Source of the DNA: Nitrospinales bacterium
GTDB lineage: Bacteria > Nitrospinota > Nitrospinia > Nitrospinales > VA-1
Direction of reading: 5' to 3'
Assembly (NCBI GenBank): GCA_965223345.1
Contig: CBDCWG010000012.1
Span: 928,001-992,000, forward strand
Length of the DNA stretch: 64,000 nucleotides
A program made the position numbers and the translations under genes. The notes below the pieces were generated by a model, which saw only the letters and a list, made by a program, of their open reading frames with translations, was not told the origin of the DNA and ran no database searches. Below are positions 28,560 to 37,264 of this stretch, in pieces (position 1 is the first letter of the stretch; each line of letters opens with the position of its first letter).

Positions 28560-28731
28560 GGATGATTCCTTATCGGTTGGAAACGGTGTGTTCCCACTAA
28601 AGTCGGAAAATTCGAATGCCGGCTCCCCCGCGGGATGAAAAGAGAACGGCCTGAGAACAGAACGGATCGAAAAAGCGCGCCGGTGTTCGGATCGTGCGAC
28701 GCGCTTTCGTTTAAAAAACCGTCAGACCGAT

Positions 28732-28760
28732 ATTCTGCCTTCAAGCATGGATGAAGTCAA
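28732..28760 (-). promoter_or_regulatory. Putative sigma70 promoter for the YkgJ-family gene
   Basis: Minus strand TTGACT-17 bp-CAGAAT. Confidence 0.45.
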
Positions 28761-29042
28761 TCACAGGAAACAATTTTTCAGAACGCATGTCTGCAAAGCG
28801 GTCGTAAACACGATGACCGGATCGATGCGGAATCCACGGCGCACCCATTTGACTCGATCCGGCGGCCCGTTTTGTGGACGGGACGCTTTTTTCCCCGATG
28901 CGGCTTGAGCCCGATCCCGGCCCCGTTTTTCACCGCAGCGGTGCGCCGGACCCCCGATTTTTCCCCTTTCCGAACCCGCGAAAATCCCCGAAAAACCGCC
29001 CCTTTTGGCCCGAGGACCGCCCTTTTCGCTATGGGGGCGCAC

Positions 29043-29071
29043 TTGACCATTCGGTATGGCTGAATTACAAT
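29043..29071 (+). promoter_or_regulatory. sigma70 promoter of the four-gene envelope-modification operon
   Basis: TTGACC-17 bp-TACAAT, with a second TATAAT at 29075-29080 and AGGA SD before ATG 29101. Confidence 0.75.
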
Positions 29072-29100
29072 AAGTATAATAAAAACAATAGGATTTGGCG

Positions 29101-29310
29101 ATGAAACGGATCGTGTGCACCGCTGTTTTTTTGGTTTTTTACCCCGGAGTGGCCCAGGCCTACGTCGATCCCGGTTTTTTGGGATCGCTGTATCAGATGA
29201 TCTACATGTTCGTTTTCGGTGTGGCGGCCGCCTGGGTCCTGAAACCGTTCCGCTACCTTTCCGCCCTGTACAAACGCGTGAAGGCGCGGTTTTCGGAAAA
29301 AAGCTCCTGA
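29101..29310 (+). CDS. Small membrane protein: signal peptide + YVDPG motif + TM helix + basic tail
   Basis: MKRIVCTAVFLVFYPGVAQA|YVDPGFLGSLYQMIYMFVFGVAAAWVL-KPFRY...KRVKARF; promoter and SD directly upstream. Confidence 0.8.
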   Translation: MKRIVCTAVFLVFYPGVAQAYVDPGFLGSLYQMIYMFVFGVAAAWVLKPFRYLSALYKRVKARFSEKSS

Positions 29311-29331
29311 ACGATCGCCCCACGACGAACC

Positions 29332-30738
29332 TTGGAACTCCCACTTTCAGACATTCAAACGCACGCCTCGTCCTACGTGGACCCGAACGGCTTCGTGTTT
29401 CTGCACGAGGACAAAATCTACAGAGGGATCCACAGGGAAAACGAGAGTTTTTACCGCTCCCTGTTCGAGCAGGGGATGGTGCGGGATTGGGTGCGCATCC
29501 ACAATCTTGTGGAGTCGCAGCCGACAACGCTTTCGATTCCCGAGGCGGATTGTCCTTTCGTCATCGAACACCGCAGAATCGAGCCGCTCACCTATTGCGT
29601 GGAGTGGACGCCTTCCATGCTCAAAAGCGCGGCGCTTTCCCTACTGGAGCTGAACATCGCCCTGCAGGAGAAAGACTGCATCCTACAAGATGCGTATCCC
29701 TGGAACATCCTGTTTGAAGCCACGCGACCGGTGCACGTGGATTTCACCTCCATCGTTCCCGTCAACGGGCAGAAACTCTTGTGGCCCGCGTACCAGCAGT
29801 TTTTGAATTTTTTCATCCATCCGCTTCAACTCGCGTCGATGGGCAAAGGAGCGCTGGCGCGGTTTCTCCTGCAGGATTATATTCACGGCGTGTCGCTGGA
29901 CGATGTGCATGCCCACATGAGCCTGCGTTACAAACTGCGCCACCCTTTGAGCTATTCCCTGAGCCAGGCGATGCGCTGGATGAACTGCCGGGCGCAAAAG
30001 CAGAAACATCTCAAAGTGGGGCTGCAAAACCGGATTTCGCAGCAGACCCAAAGCGGTCCCGGCAGGGAGATGCGGGTGCGTTTTTTAAAGGGGCTGTTGA
30101 AAAAAACCGCAGCCATCCCGCTGCCTTCGCCCAGGGACAACTGGACGGGATACTACGAGGGGTGCGAGGGCGCGTGCCAGGAAAAAAAATTACAGGTTCT
30201 CGAATCCCTGTTGGAGAAGATCCGGCCGGAAACGCTCCTGGATCTCGGCTGCAATCGAGGGCGGTATTCTCTGCTGGCCGCGCAGAAGGGCGCGCGCGTG
30301 ATCTCCATGGACGCCAGCGAGTCCTGCGTGGAGGCGCTGTACCATGCCGCCCGCGAGGGCGATTACCCGATCACGCCTGTGGTGGGCAACGCGCTCAACC
30401 CGACGCCCGCGTTCGGTTTTCTCGCGCGGCAGTTCCCCTCGATGATCACGCGGTTTCGCTCGCAGGTGGTGCTGTGCCTGGCGCTCATGCACCATCTGCA
30501 CATCAACGGGCGGCAGTCGATGGACCGGATCGCACAGCTCATGGATGCCTTGTCCGAGCGGGCGGTGATCTTTGAATACGTGGATCCGGAGGACGACAAC
30601 AACCGCCTGCTGGATCACGGACGGGTGATCGATTACAGCCTGGCATCCGTTTCCGAGGCGCTGCGACGCTACTTCAAACTGACGGCTTTCGATTCGGACC
30701 GGCCGACGCGGAAAATCCTCCTTTGCGAAAAATTATAA
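29332..30738 (+). CDS. NoeA-like protein: N-terminal protein-kinase-like domain + C-terminal class I SAM methyltransferase
   Basis: SYVDPNGFVF N-terminus; LQDAYPWNILF and HVDF kinase-like motifs; LLDLGCNRG SAM motif I; LALMHHL. Confidence 0.8.
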   Translation: MELPLSDIQTHASSYVDPNGFVFLHEDKIYRGIHRENESFYRSLFEQGMVRDWVRIHNLVESQPTTLSIPEADCPFVIEHRRIEPLTYCVEWTPSMLKSAALSLLELNIALQEKDCILQDAYPWNILFEATRPVHVDFTSIVPVNGQKLLWPAYQQFLNFFIHPLQLASMGKGALARFLLQDYIHGVSLDDVHAHMSLRYKLRHPLSYSLSQAMRWMNCRAQKQKHLKVGLQNRISQQTQSGPGREMRVRFLKGLLKKTAAIPLPSPRDNWTGYYEGCEGACQEKKLQVLESLLEKIRPETLLDLGCNRGRYSLLAAQKGARVISMDASESCVEALYHAAREGDYPITPVVGNALNPTPAFGFLARQFPSMITRFRSQVVLCLALMHHLHINGRQSMDRIAQLMDALSERAVIFEYVDPEDDNNRLLDHGRVIDYSLASVSEALRRYFKLTAFDSDRPTRKILLCEKL

Positions 30739-32621
30739 AATACATCGATGCGGGGTGCCTGACCTACCTGCTTTGCCTGCTCACGGTCTCCATCGCGTTC
30801 GGCCTGTCGCAGGACCTGCTGTTTTTCAAATCCGACCCGGCCGCTCTGATTCACTTTCTCGTCGCGATGGGATGGCTGCTGGCGCTCGTACTCGCCGTTC
30901 CGCTGGCGCTGGTTCTCTATTTCACCGGCGAGGGTTTCAAAGAACGCGGATTGAAAGGGCTGTCCGTTCTGGCGCTCACCCAGATCCTGTTCGGCTTTTC
31001 CGTGCACTATCTCGACACCAGCGAGGTGTTTCAATTTTCCCTGCAGCAGGTGCAGGCGCACTGGACCGGTACGGGCGAATTCGTGGTCTACCTGATTGCG
31101 GTGGCGGGCATCTGGGCGCTCTGCTTTGTGCTGGCGGCGCTGTTCGCCCGCGCCATGGACATCCGCCCGCGCGTCGTTTCTCTGTCCTACGGCGTCACGG
31201 CTTTGGGATTCGTTCTGCTCTGGCTGTTTCCCGCGGTGAACGCCTTGACGGCCCCGTCATCGGTGCAGAAGGAAGTGCGGCGCAACGCGATCCTGATCGT
31301 TCTGGATGGTCTCAGCACAAAATACCTTTCGCCTTACAACCCGGATGAAGACACGCCGGAGTTCGCCCAACTGGCCGAATCAGCGGTGTTGTACAGCAAC
31401 GTGCGCACGAACTTCACCCACACCTCCGGATTTTTTTACACCCTGCATGCGGGCCGAAAAACAGCCTGGTCCGATCCCAAAGAAAACAAGCCGACCGGAC
31501 TGCTGCAAGAACTGCAGAGAGCGGGCATCACCACGCGCTGGTTCACCTACCACAACAACGGCGTTCCGGATGTACACAATTTTCCGTACCGCGGCCTGCG
31601 TTCGACCTATCTGGTCAGCCGGTTCGCCTGGATGCCGCGGCTTTTGAACGTGGACTACAACGTGTTCGAGATGCGGGGCGCCGGCGCCCGCGGAAAGGCG
31701 ATGGGCGGGCGTGAAAAAGCGATCCACGGTTTTCTGTCCGGAGTCAACGGCGATTCCTATCTGCACCCTTTGCGGCATTGGGTGCCCGAGGAAATCCAGT
31801 CTTTGAGAGAAGAGGCGCGGCCGTTTTTCATGATCGTACACCTGCCCGTCAACGCCCTCACGCCATCGGAATCCGGGCCCAAGACCTGGGAGCTGGAGAA
31901 GGCGGACTTCACGCCCACAGAGCGGCTGCAGAAGGTGCGACAGAAGATGCTCAAGGACCAGGATTACACGTATCGCAAAGAGGACGCCTGGGCGGTCGAG
32001 ACCATGCGGGAAAAGTACCGGCAATCGGTGCGCCGGGGAAGCCGCAGCCTGAAAGAATTCGTGCGACGGTTTGAGGAGAGCGGCTGGCACGAAGACACGC
32101 TGTTGATGGTGACCGCCGATCACGGAAAAATCCTTTCCAGGGGCAAGATCGAATACGGCTACCACAACGATGAGGAAGTGACGCGCGTGCCGCTGCTGGT
32201 GAAATGGAACGGCAAACGGGGCATCGACACCCGGCTGGGCGAAAGCATCGATCTGGCTCAGACCTTCCTCGATTTTTTTCACGTCGATGCCAGGCTCTCG
32301 CCCCAAGCGGTTTCTCTGTTGGGAGAGGAAAAGAAAAGCCACGTGACTTCGCTCACCACCTGGTCGCACAAGCGCAAGGAGTGGTTTCTCAACGTTTATG
32401 AAGGGGAGCACCGCTATGTGTTCAACCTGTATCCGCAGCACACATCGATCCGGAAAGAAAAAATCCTCGCTCCGTTTAGGACGGCGCCGGTGGAAAATGG
32501 CGAAAAGGCGCTGAAGGGTGCTGGGTTTGACCTGGATGGCATCCTGAAATCGTATGGAATCGAGGGAAACCCGGACACTGCGAACGATGTGTGGGCGTTG
32601 ATGCGTCCGGGTGAACGATGA
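30723..32621 (+). CDS. Membrane-anchored alkaline phosphatase/sulfatase-superfamily protein (LtaS/EptA-like architecture; NoeB-like position)
   Basis: About 5 N-terminal hydrophobic helices, then NAILIVLDGL, NFTHTS, VTADHG, RVPLLVK; overlaps the upstream stop. Confidence 0.8.
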   Translation: MRKIIKYIDAGCLTYLLCLLTVSIAFGLSQDLLFFKSDPAALIHFLVAMGWLLALVLAVPLALVLYFTGEGFKERGLKGLSVLALTQILFGFSVHYLDTSEVFQFSLQQVQAHWTGTGEFVVYLIAVAGIWALCFVLAALFARAMDIRPRVVSLSYGVTALGFVLLWLFPAVNALTAPSSVQKEVRRNAILIVLDGLSTKYLSPYNPDEDTPEFAQLAESAVLYSNVRTNFTHTSGFFYTLHAGRKTAWSDPKENKPTGLLQELQRAGITTRWFTYHNNGVPDVHNFPYRGLRSTYLVSRFAWMPRLLNVDYNVFEMRGAGARGKAMGGREKAIHGFLSGVNGDSYLHPLRHWVPEEIQSLREEARPFFMIVHLPVNALTPSESGPKTWELEKADFTPTERLQKVRQKMLKDQDYTYRKEDAWAVETMREKYRQSVRRGSRSLKEFVRRFEESGWHEDTLLMVTADHGKILSRGKIEYGYHNDEEVTRVPLLVKWNGKRGIDTRLGESIDLAQTFLDFFHVDARLSPQAVSLLGEEKKSHVTSLTTWSHKRKEWFLNVYEGEHRYVFNLYPQHTSIRKEKILAPFRTAPVENGEKALKGAGFDLDGILKSYGIEGNPDTANDVWALMRPGER

Positions 32622-34396
32622 TGGAAAAAATCGGCAATGTGAAATTCATGTTGCGCTCGCAGGCCCCCTTTCTGGGGTTTTACGGCGCGTTGGCTTTTCT
32701 CGTATATTTTGCTTCCCTGGGTGGCCAGTTTTTATTCGACGATTCGGTCTATGTTCTTCAAAACCATTTGATCAAGAATTTCGATTTGCCCGGCCTCCGG
32801 GAAATCTTCAGTTCCTTTTATAAATGGGATTACCTGCCTCTCACCTTTCTGTCTTTGAGTTTCGATTATTTTTTGTTCGGCCTCAACCCCACGGGATACC
32901 ATGTCACCAACACTCTTCTGCACATCGGCAATGTGTTTCTGGTGCACCTGATCGCATTCGAATTGTGCCGCTCCCGTTTTGTGGCGGTGGGAACGGCGCT
33001 GTTGTTTCTGGTGCATCCCGTGCACGTCGAAAGCGTGGCGTGGATCTCCGAAAGAAAAAATGTTCTGTCATTCTTTTTTTTATTCCTTTCGCTTTACAGC
33101 TATCTGAAGCTGGAACGCCGCGCTCTTTCGCTGGTTTGTTTCATCCTGGCGTGTCTGTCCAAGTCCTCGGTGGTGATCTTCCCGCTGCTGCTGGTCCTGT
33201 ACGAGCTCTCGTTTGGAAAAAAGAAATTGTTCGCCGCCGGGTTCCGCACGTTGCCTTATCACCTGATCGCTGCGGCCTTTGTCGGGGTCACACTGCTCAC
33301 GCATTCGCTTCACGGGACCATTCAACCGCATCCCGGGGGCAGTCCGTGGAACACGCTGTTCAGCATGCTCGTGGTCTATAAGGAATACTTGAAAACCCTG
33401 CTGCTGCCGGTGAATCTGAATGTGTGGTATCCCAACCGCGTGCACACCTCTCTGCTGCAACCGGAGGTGCTGGTGTCCGGCATCGTGCTCGGGGTTTATC
33501 TGTTTTGCACGGCGCTCAGTTACCGCAAAGACAAGAGAGTGTTTTTCGGTCTGGCCTGGTTCGCCGTGTCCCTGTTGCCCGTTTCCCATATCGTTCCGAT
33601 CCCGCAGATGATGGCCGACCGCTTTCTTTATATCCCTTCGTTCGGATTGTTTCTGGTGATTTCATTGGGGGTTCACCTCCTTTGGCAGCGGCGCGTGGTG
33701 GCTCAGAACGTGCTGGCTTTCAGCGTGTGCGGTGTGCTGCTGGTTCTTTGCGCCCTGAGTCTTCACCGCATTCCCGTGTTTGCCGACGATCTCACGTTGT
33801 GGCAGGACAGTGTGGCCAAAAATGAGAACAACACCCATGCTCAGATGCATCTCGGGTTTTCCTATCTGAATGCGGGTGAAACCGAACCGGCTCTGGCGGC
33901 GCTTGCGCGTGCGGTCGCCATCGAACCGGACAATGCCAAGGCCATGCGCATTGCCGCTCTCATCCACGAGAGGAATCAGCAGCACGACAAGGCGGAGGCG
34001 GTGTACCGCAGGCTGATCGCAATGAACCCGGAAAAACCCGGCCCGTACACCTCGTTGGGCATTCTCAAGGGCAATCAGGGAGAGCTTGAAGAAGCGCTCG
34101 CTTTGTTCGACAGGGCGCTGTCGCTCGATCCGGATTTTGCCCTGGCTCATTTCAACCGCGGCGTGTTTCATTTTCAAGCCGGCCGGCGGCGGTTGGCGTT
34201 CAACGGCTATCGCAAGGCGGCGCAGCTCAGACCCGACAGCGCGCCGTTTCAATACCAGCTGGGGATGTTTTACGTCAAAGTCCTGAGTGAGCCCGAACTC
34301 GGCAGGCGGCACCTTGCGCGCAGTTTGCGGTTGAATCCCGATCAGCCCAACGCGATGGCCCTGCGTGCGATGCTGCAGGGCACGGCCGTGCATTGA
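32618..34396 (+). CDS. TMTC-like GT-C glycosyltransferase with C-terminal TPR repeats
   Basis: FLFDD loop, YLPLTFLS, GYHVTNTLLH, LFLVHPVHVESVAWISERK, ADRFLYIPS, then several TPRs; ATGA overlap. Confidence 0.85.
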   Translation: MMEKIGNVKFMLRSQAPFLGFYGALAFLVYFASLGGQFLFDDSVYVLQNHLIKNFDLPGLREIFSSFYKWDYLPLTFLSLSFDYFLFGLNPTGYHVTNTLLHIGNVFLVHLIAFELCRSRFVAVGTALLFLVHPVHVESVAWISERKNVLSFFFLFLSLYSYLKLERRALSLVCFILACLSKSSVVIFPLLLVLYELSFGKKKLFAAGFRTLPYHLIAAAFVGVTLLTHSLHGTIQPHPGGSPWNTLFSMLVVYKEYLKTLLLPVNLNVWYPNRVHTSLLQPEVLVSGIVLGVYLFCTALSYRKDKRVFFGLAWFAVSLLPVSHIVPIPQMMADRFLYIPSFGLFLVISLGVHLLWQRRVVAQNVLAFSVCGVLLVLCALSLHRIPVFADDLTLWQDSVAKNENNTHAQMHLGFSYLNAGETEPALAALARAVAIEPDNAKAMRIAALIHERNQQHDKAEAVYRRLIAMNPEKPGPYTSLGILKGNQGELEEALALFDRALSLDPDFALAHFNRGVFHFQAGRRRLAFNGYRKAAQLRPDSAPFQYQLGMFYVKVLSEPELGRRHLARSLRLNPDQPNAMALRAMLQGTAVH

Positions 34397-34417
34397 ACGG
34401 CCGCCTGCGCAACCGTT

Positions 34418-35395
34418 TTAAATCGCTCCGGTGGTGCGGTAAAACGGATCGCGGGTGTCGAAGCGGTGCAGCCCGAACGACCGGGCGACCGTGTGGGCCT
34501 GCTTAAGCTCCTGCGAGGAAGGGCGGCGGTTGATCTCGGCGTACTTTTCCGGGCTCACTTTCCAGGCCGGGCGGTATTGATCCATGATGTTGATGTAGGT
34601 GTCGCGCGAGATCTCCTCGGCCAGAAAACGGCTGATGTGGGTGAAATCGGGGGAGCCGGGCATCACCAGATGCCGCACCAGCAGCCCGCGTTTCGCGAGG
34701 CCGTTTTCGTCGAGAACGAGGTCCCCGACCTGCCGGTGCATCTCACGGATGACGGTGCGGGCGGCCTCGGGATAGTCTTTGGCTTTGAGGTAGGTTTTGG
34801 ATCGCTCCGCATCCCAGTATTTGAAGTCGGGCATGAAGATGTCCACCACGTCCTCCATCATGCGCATGCTGTCCATCGAGTCGTAAGCGCCGGTGTTGTA
34901 TACGAGCGGCAGCCGCAGTCCCATTTCGACCGCCAGCGGCAGCGCTTCGAGGATCTGCGGCACCACGTGTTCGGGGGTCACGAAATTGATATTGTGGCAG
35001 CCTCTGTCCTGCAGGTGCATCATCATCTGGGCCAGCGCTTCGGGACCGGCCTCCTGGCCTTCACCCTCCTGGCTGATGTCGCAGTTCTGGCAGAAGACGC
35101 ATTTGAGGTTGCACATGGAGAAGAAGATGGTGCCGCTGCCGTTGATACCGCGCAGGCAATCCTCTTCACCAAAATGCGGGAAAAAACTGGAAACGATGGC
35201 GTGCCGCCCGCTCTGGCACACGGCTTTTTCATCGGACAGCCGGTCCACCTCGCAGTCTCGCGGGCAGACTTTGCAGTCGGCGAGTTTGCGCAGGGCCTGG
35301 CGCGAGCGTCGAAACAGTTCGCCGGTTTTGTGCAGTTTCAGGTAGGCCGGTTCGAACTCTTCGGACCGGATGCGGAACGGTTCTTGTTGCGGCAT
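34418..35395 (-). CDS. PflX-like radical SAM protein
   Basis: CKVCPRDC, HFGEE, GSGTIFF, CNLKCVFCQN radical SAM motif, NINFVTPEH, LVRHLVMP. Confidence 0.9.
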   Translation of the reverse strand: MPQQEPFRIRSEEFEPAYLKLHKTGELFRRSRQALRKLADCKVCPRDCEVDRLSDEKAVCQSGRHAIVSSFFPHFGEEDCLRGINGSGTIFFSMCNLKCVFCQNCDISQEGEGQEAGPEALAQMMMHLQDRGCHNINFVTPEHVVPQILEALPLAVEMGLRLPLVYNTGAYDSMDSMRMMEDVVDIFMPDFKYWDAERSKTYLKAKDYPEAARTVIREMHRQVGDLVLDENGLAKRGLLVRHLVMPGSPDFTHISRFLAEEISRDTYINIMDQYRPAWKVSPEKYAEINRRPSSQELKQAHTVARSFGLHRFDTRDPFYRTTGAI

Positions 35396-35753
35396 GGCGC
35401 GCTCCCATTATCGGGGGTTCTTCAGGGAAAATAACCTTCCCTGTGGTAAAGAGCAACCCCCAACCGGGGCCTGCGAGCGGGAAGGGCCGCTATCCGGCCG
35501 CCGAAACAGCGGGTTTGCCGTGTCGCTGGAATGCGATCGCCGGTTTTTTTCCGCGGGCGGCCCATCCGGCGCGGTGTCTCCCGAGGCTTCCCGAGCGCGG
35601 GTTTCACCGGCTGCATGCGGGAAGAGAAACCTTAAAGGCAGAAAGGATTTTCTGCTTTTCTGCGCGGTCTGAGACGCGACCGTGCGGGCACAGGCCGGCC
35701 TGAGGCGACGGGTCAGGCAAGTGGTCGGAAAAGGAGCAGGGAAAAGAAAAAAG

Positions 35754-35782
35754 TTGACAAATAAAATCATACTGGCTAGAGT
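35754..35782 (+). promoter_or_regulatory. sigma70 promoter of rho operon
   Basis: TTGACA-17 bp-TAGAGT with A-rich UP-like tract upstream. Confidence 0.75.
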
Positions 35783-35983
35783 GGATATTGATCTCCAAAG
35801 CTCCCATTAAAACCCCGAATCCAGTCAAGCAATCCGGCTTTTTCTACGCTCCTTTGATAGAACATTTCTATTCGATATAAATCAAACAAACTCTATTGAA
35901 TCCTTTTTTGCCCTCTATCCGGAAGATCGGCCCATAACCCCAGACAACACACAACCCAACCCACCTCAAAGAGACTAAGACTT

Positions 35984-37243
35984 ATGAATCAGATGAACAT
36001 AGAAGAATTGAAATCCAAAACCATCTCCGAGCTGACCAACATCGCCAAGGAACTCAAGATCCAGGGGCACAGCGGTCTCAGGAAGCAGGACCTGATCTTC
36101 AAGATCCTCGAAGCGAAAACGGAAAAGGATGGATTGATGTTCGGACAGGGTGTCCTGGAGATCCTGCCCGACGGATTTGGTTTTCTTCGCGCCCCCACAT
36201 ACAACTATCTGCCGGGTCCCGACGACATCTACGTCTCTCCGTCGCAGATCCGCAAGTTCGACATGCGCACCGGCGACACGATTTCCGGACAGATCCGGCC
36301 GCCCAAGGACAGCGAACGGTATTTCGCCCTGCTCAAGGTCGAGGCCATCAACTTTGAAAACCCGGATAAGACTAAAGACAAGATCCTGTTCGACAACCTG
36401 ACGCCTCTGTACCCCGAGGAACGGCTGCGGCTGGAGACTCCGAACGGCACGGACTACAGCGCGCGCATCATGGACCTCATGACGCCGATCGGAAAAGGTC
36501 AGCGCGGATTGATCGTGGCGCCGCCGCGAACGGGTAAGACCATGCTGCTGCAATCGATCGCCAACAGCATCAGCACCAATTATCCGGAAGTGGTCCTCAT
36601 CGTGCTTCTGATCGACGAACGTCCGGAAGAGGTGACGGACATGGAGCGTTCGGTCAAGGGTGAGGTCATCAGCTCCACGTTCGACGAGCCGGCGCAGCGC
36701 CACGTTCAGGTTGCCGAAATGGTGATCGAAAAGGCGAAACGCCTGGTGGAGCATCAGAAAGACGTGGTGATCCTGCTGGACAGCATCACGCGTCTGGCGC
36801 GCGCCTACAACGCCATCGTGCCGCCGAGCGGCAAGGTGCTTTCCGGCGGTGTCGATTCCAATGCCCTGCAGCGGCCCAAGCGGTTTTTCGGTGCGGCGCG
36901 CAACCTGGAAGAGGGCGGCAGCCTGACGATCATCGCCACGGCCCTGATCGATACGGGAAGCCGGATGGACGACGTGATTTTCGAGGAATTCAAGGGAACC
37001 GGCAACCTGGAAATCGTGCTCGACCGCAAACTGGCCGACAAACGCACCTTTCCTTCCATCGATATCAACCGTTCCGGAACCCGGAAGGAAGAGCTGCTCA
37101 TGCCGCCCGAGGATCTGCAGCGGGTCTGGCTGCTCAGAAAAGTTTTACTCCCAATGGGCATCAATGATACGATGGACCTTCTTCTGCAGAAAATCAAAGA
37201 ATCCAAGACCAATTCCGAGTTCCTGGCGACCATGAACTCCTGA
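35984..37243 (+). CDS. rho: Transcription termination factor Rho
   Basis: [45 protein letters not shown]. Confidence 0.99.
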   Translation: MNQMNIEELKSKTISELTNIAKELKIQGHSGLRKQDLIFKILEAKTEKDGLMFGQGVLEILPDGFGFLRAPTYNYLPGPDDIYVSPSQIRKFDMRTGDTISGQIRPPKDSERYFALLKVEAINFENPDKTKDKILFDNLTPLYPEERLRLETPNGTDYSARIMDLMTPIGKGQRGLIVAPPRTGKTMLLQSIANSISTNYPEVVLIVLLIDERPEEVTDMERSVKGEVISSTFDEPAQRHVQVAEMVIEKAKRLVEHQKDVVILLDSITRLARAYNAIVPPSGKVLSGGVDSNALQRPKRFFGAARNLEEGGSLTIIATALIDTGSRMDDVIFEEFKGTGNLEIVLDRKLADKRTFPSIDINRSGTRKEELLMPPEDLQRVWLLRKVLLPMGINDTMDLLLQKIKESKTNSEFLATMNS

Positions 37244-37264
37244 TTCGAAGGCACGAGGTCACAC

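Noticed and set aside
28561..29100. Several overlapping short ORFs in the ykgJ / micropeptide intergenic region
   Set aside because: No protein-like composition or SD; better explained as divergent promoter DNA.
30723..32621. Annotation as a true arylsulfatase
   Set aside because: No C/S-x-P-x-R formylglycine motif.
34418..35395. Radical SAM enzyme as a maturase for the 69-aa peptide
   Set aside because: It is convergent, not co-transcribed, and matches the widespread PflX family rather than SPASM-type peptide maturases.
35710..35741. GGTCAGG...GGAA...AGCAG stretch resembling SRP RNA domain IV
   Set aside because: Spacing does not fit the GGTCAGGTCCGGAAGGAAGCAGCC consensus, no enclosing long helix is evident, and it abuts the rho promoter.
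35396..35750. ORFs of 64-120 aa between pflX-like gene and rho, or a possible riboswitch
   Set aside because: No recognisable domain or riboswitch consensus seen; left as unexplained intergenic sequence.
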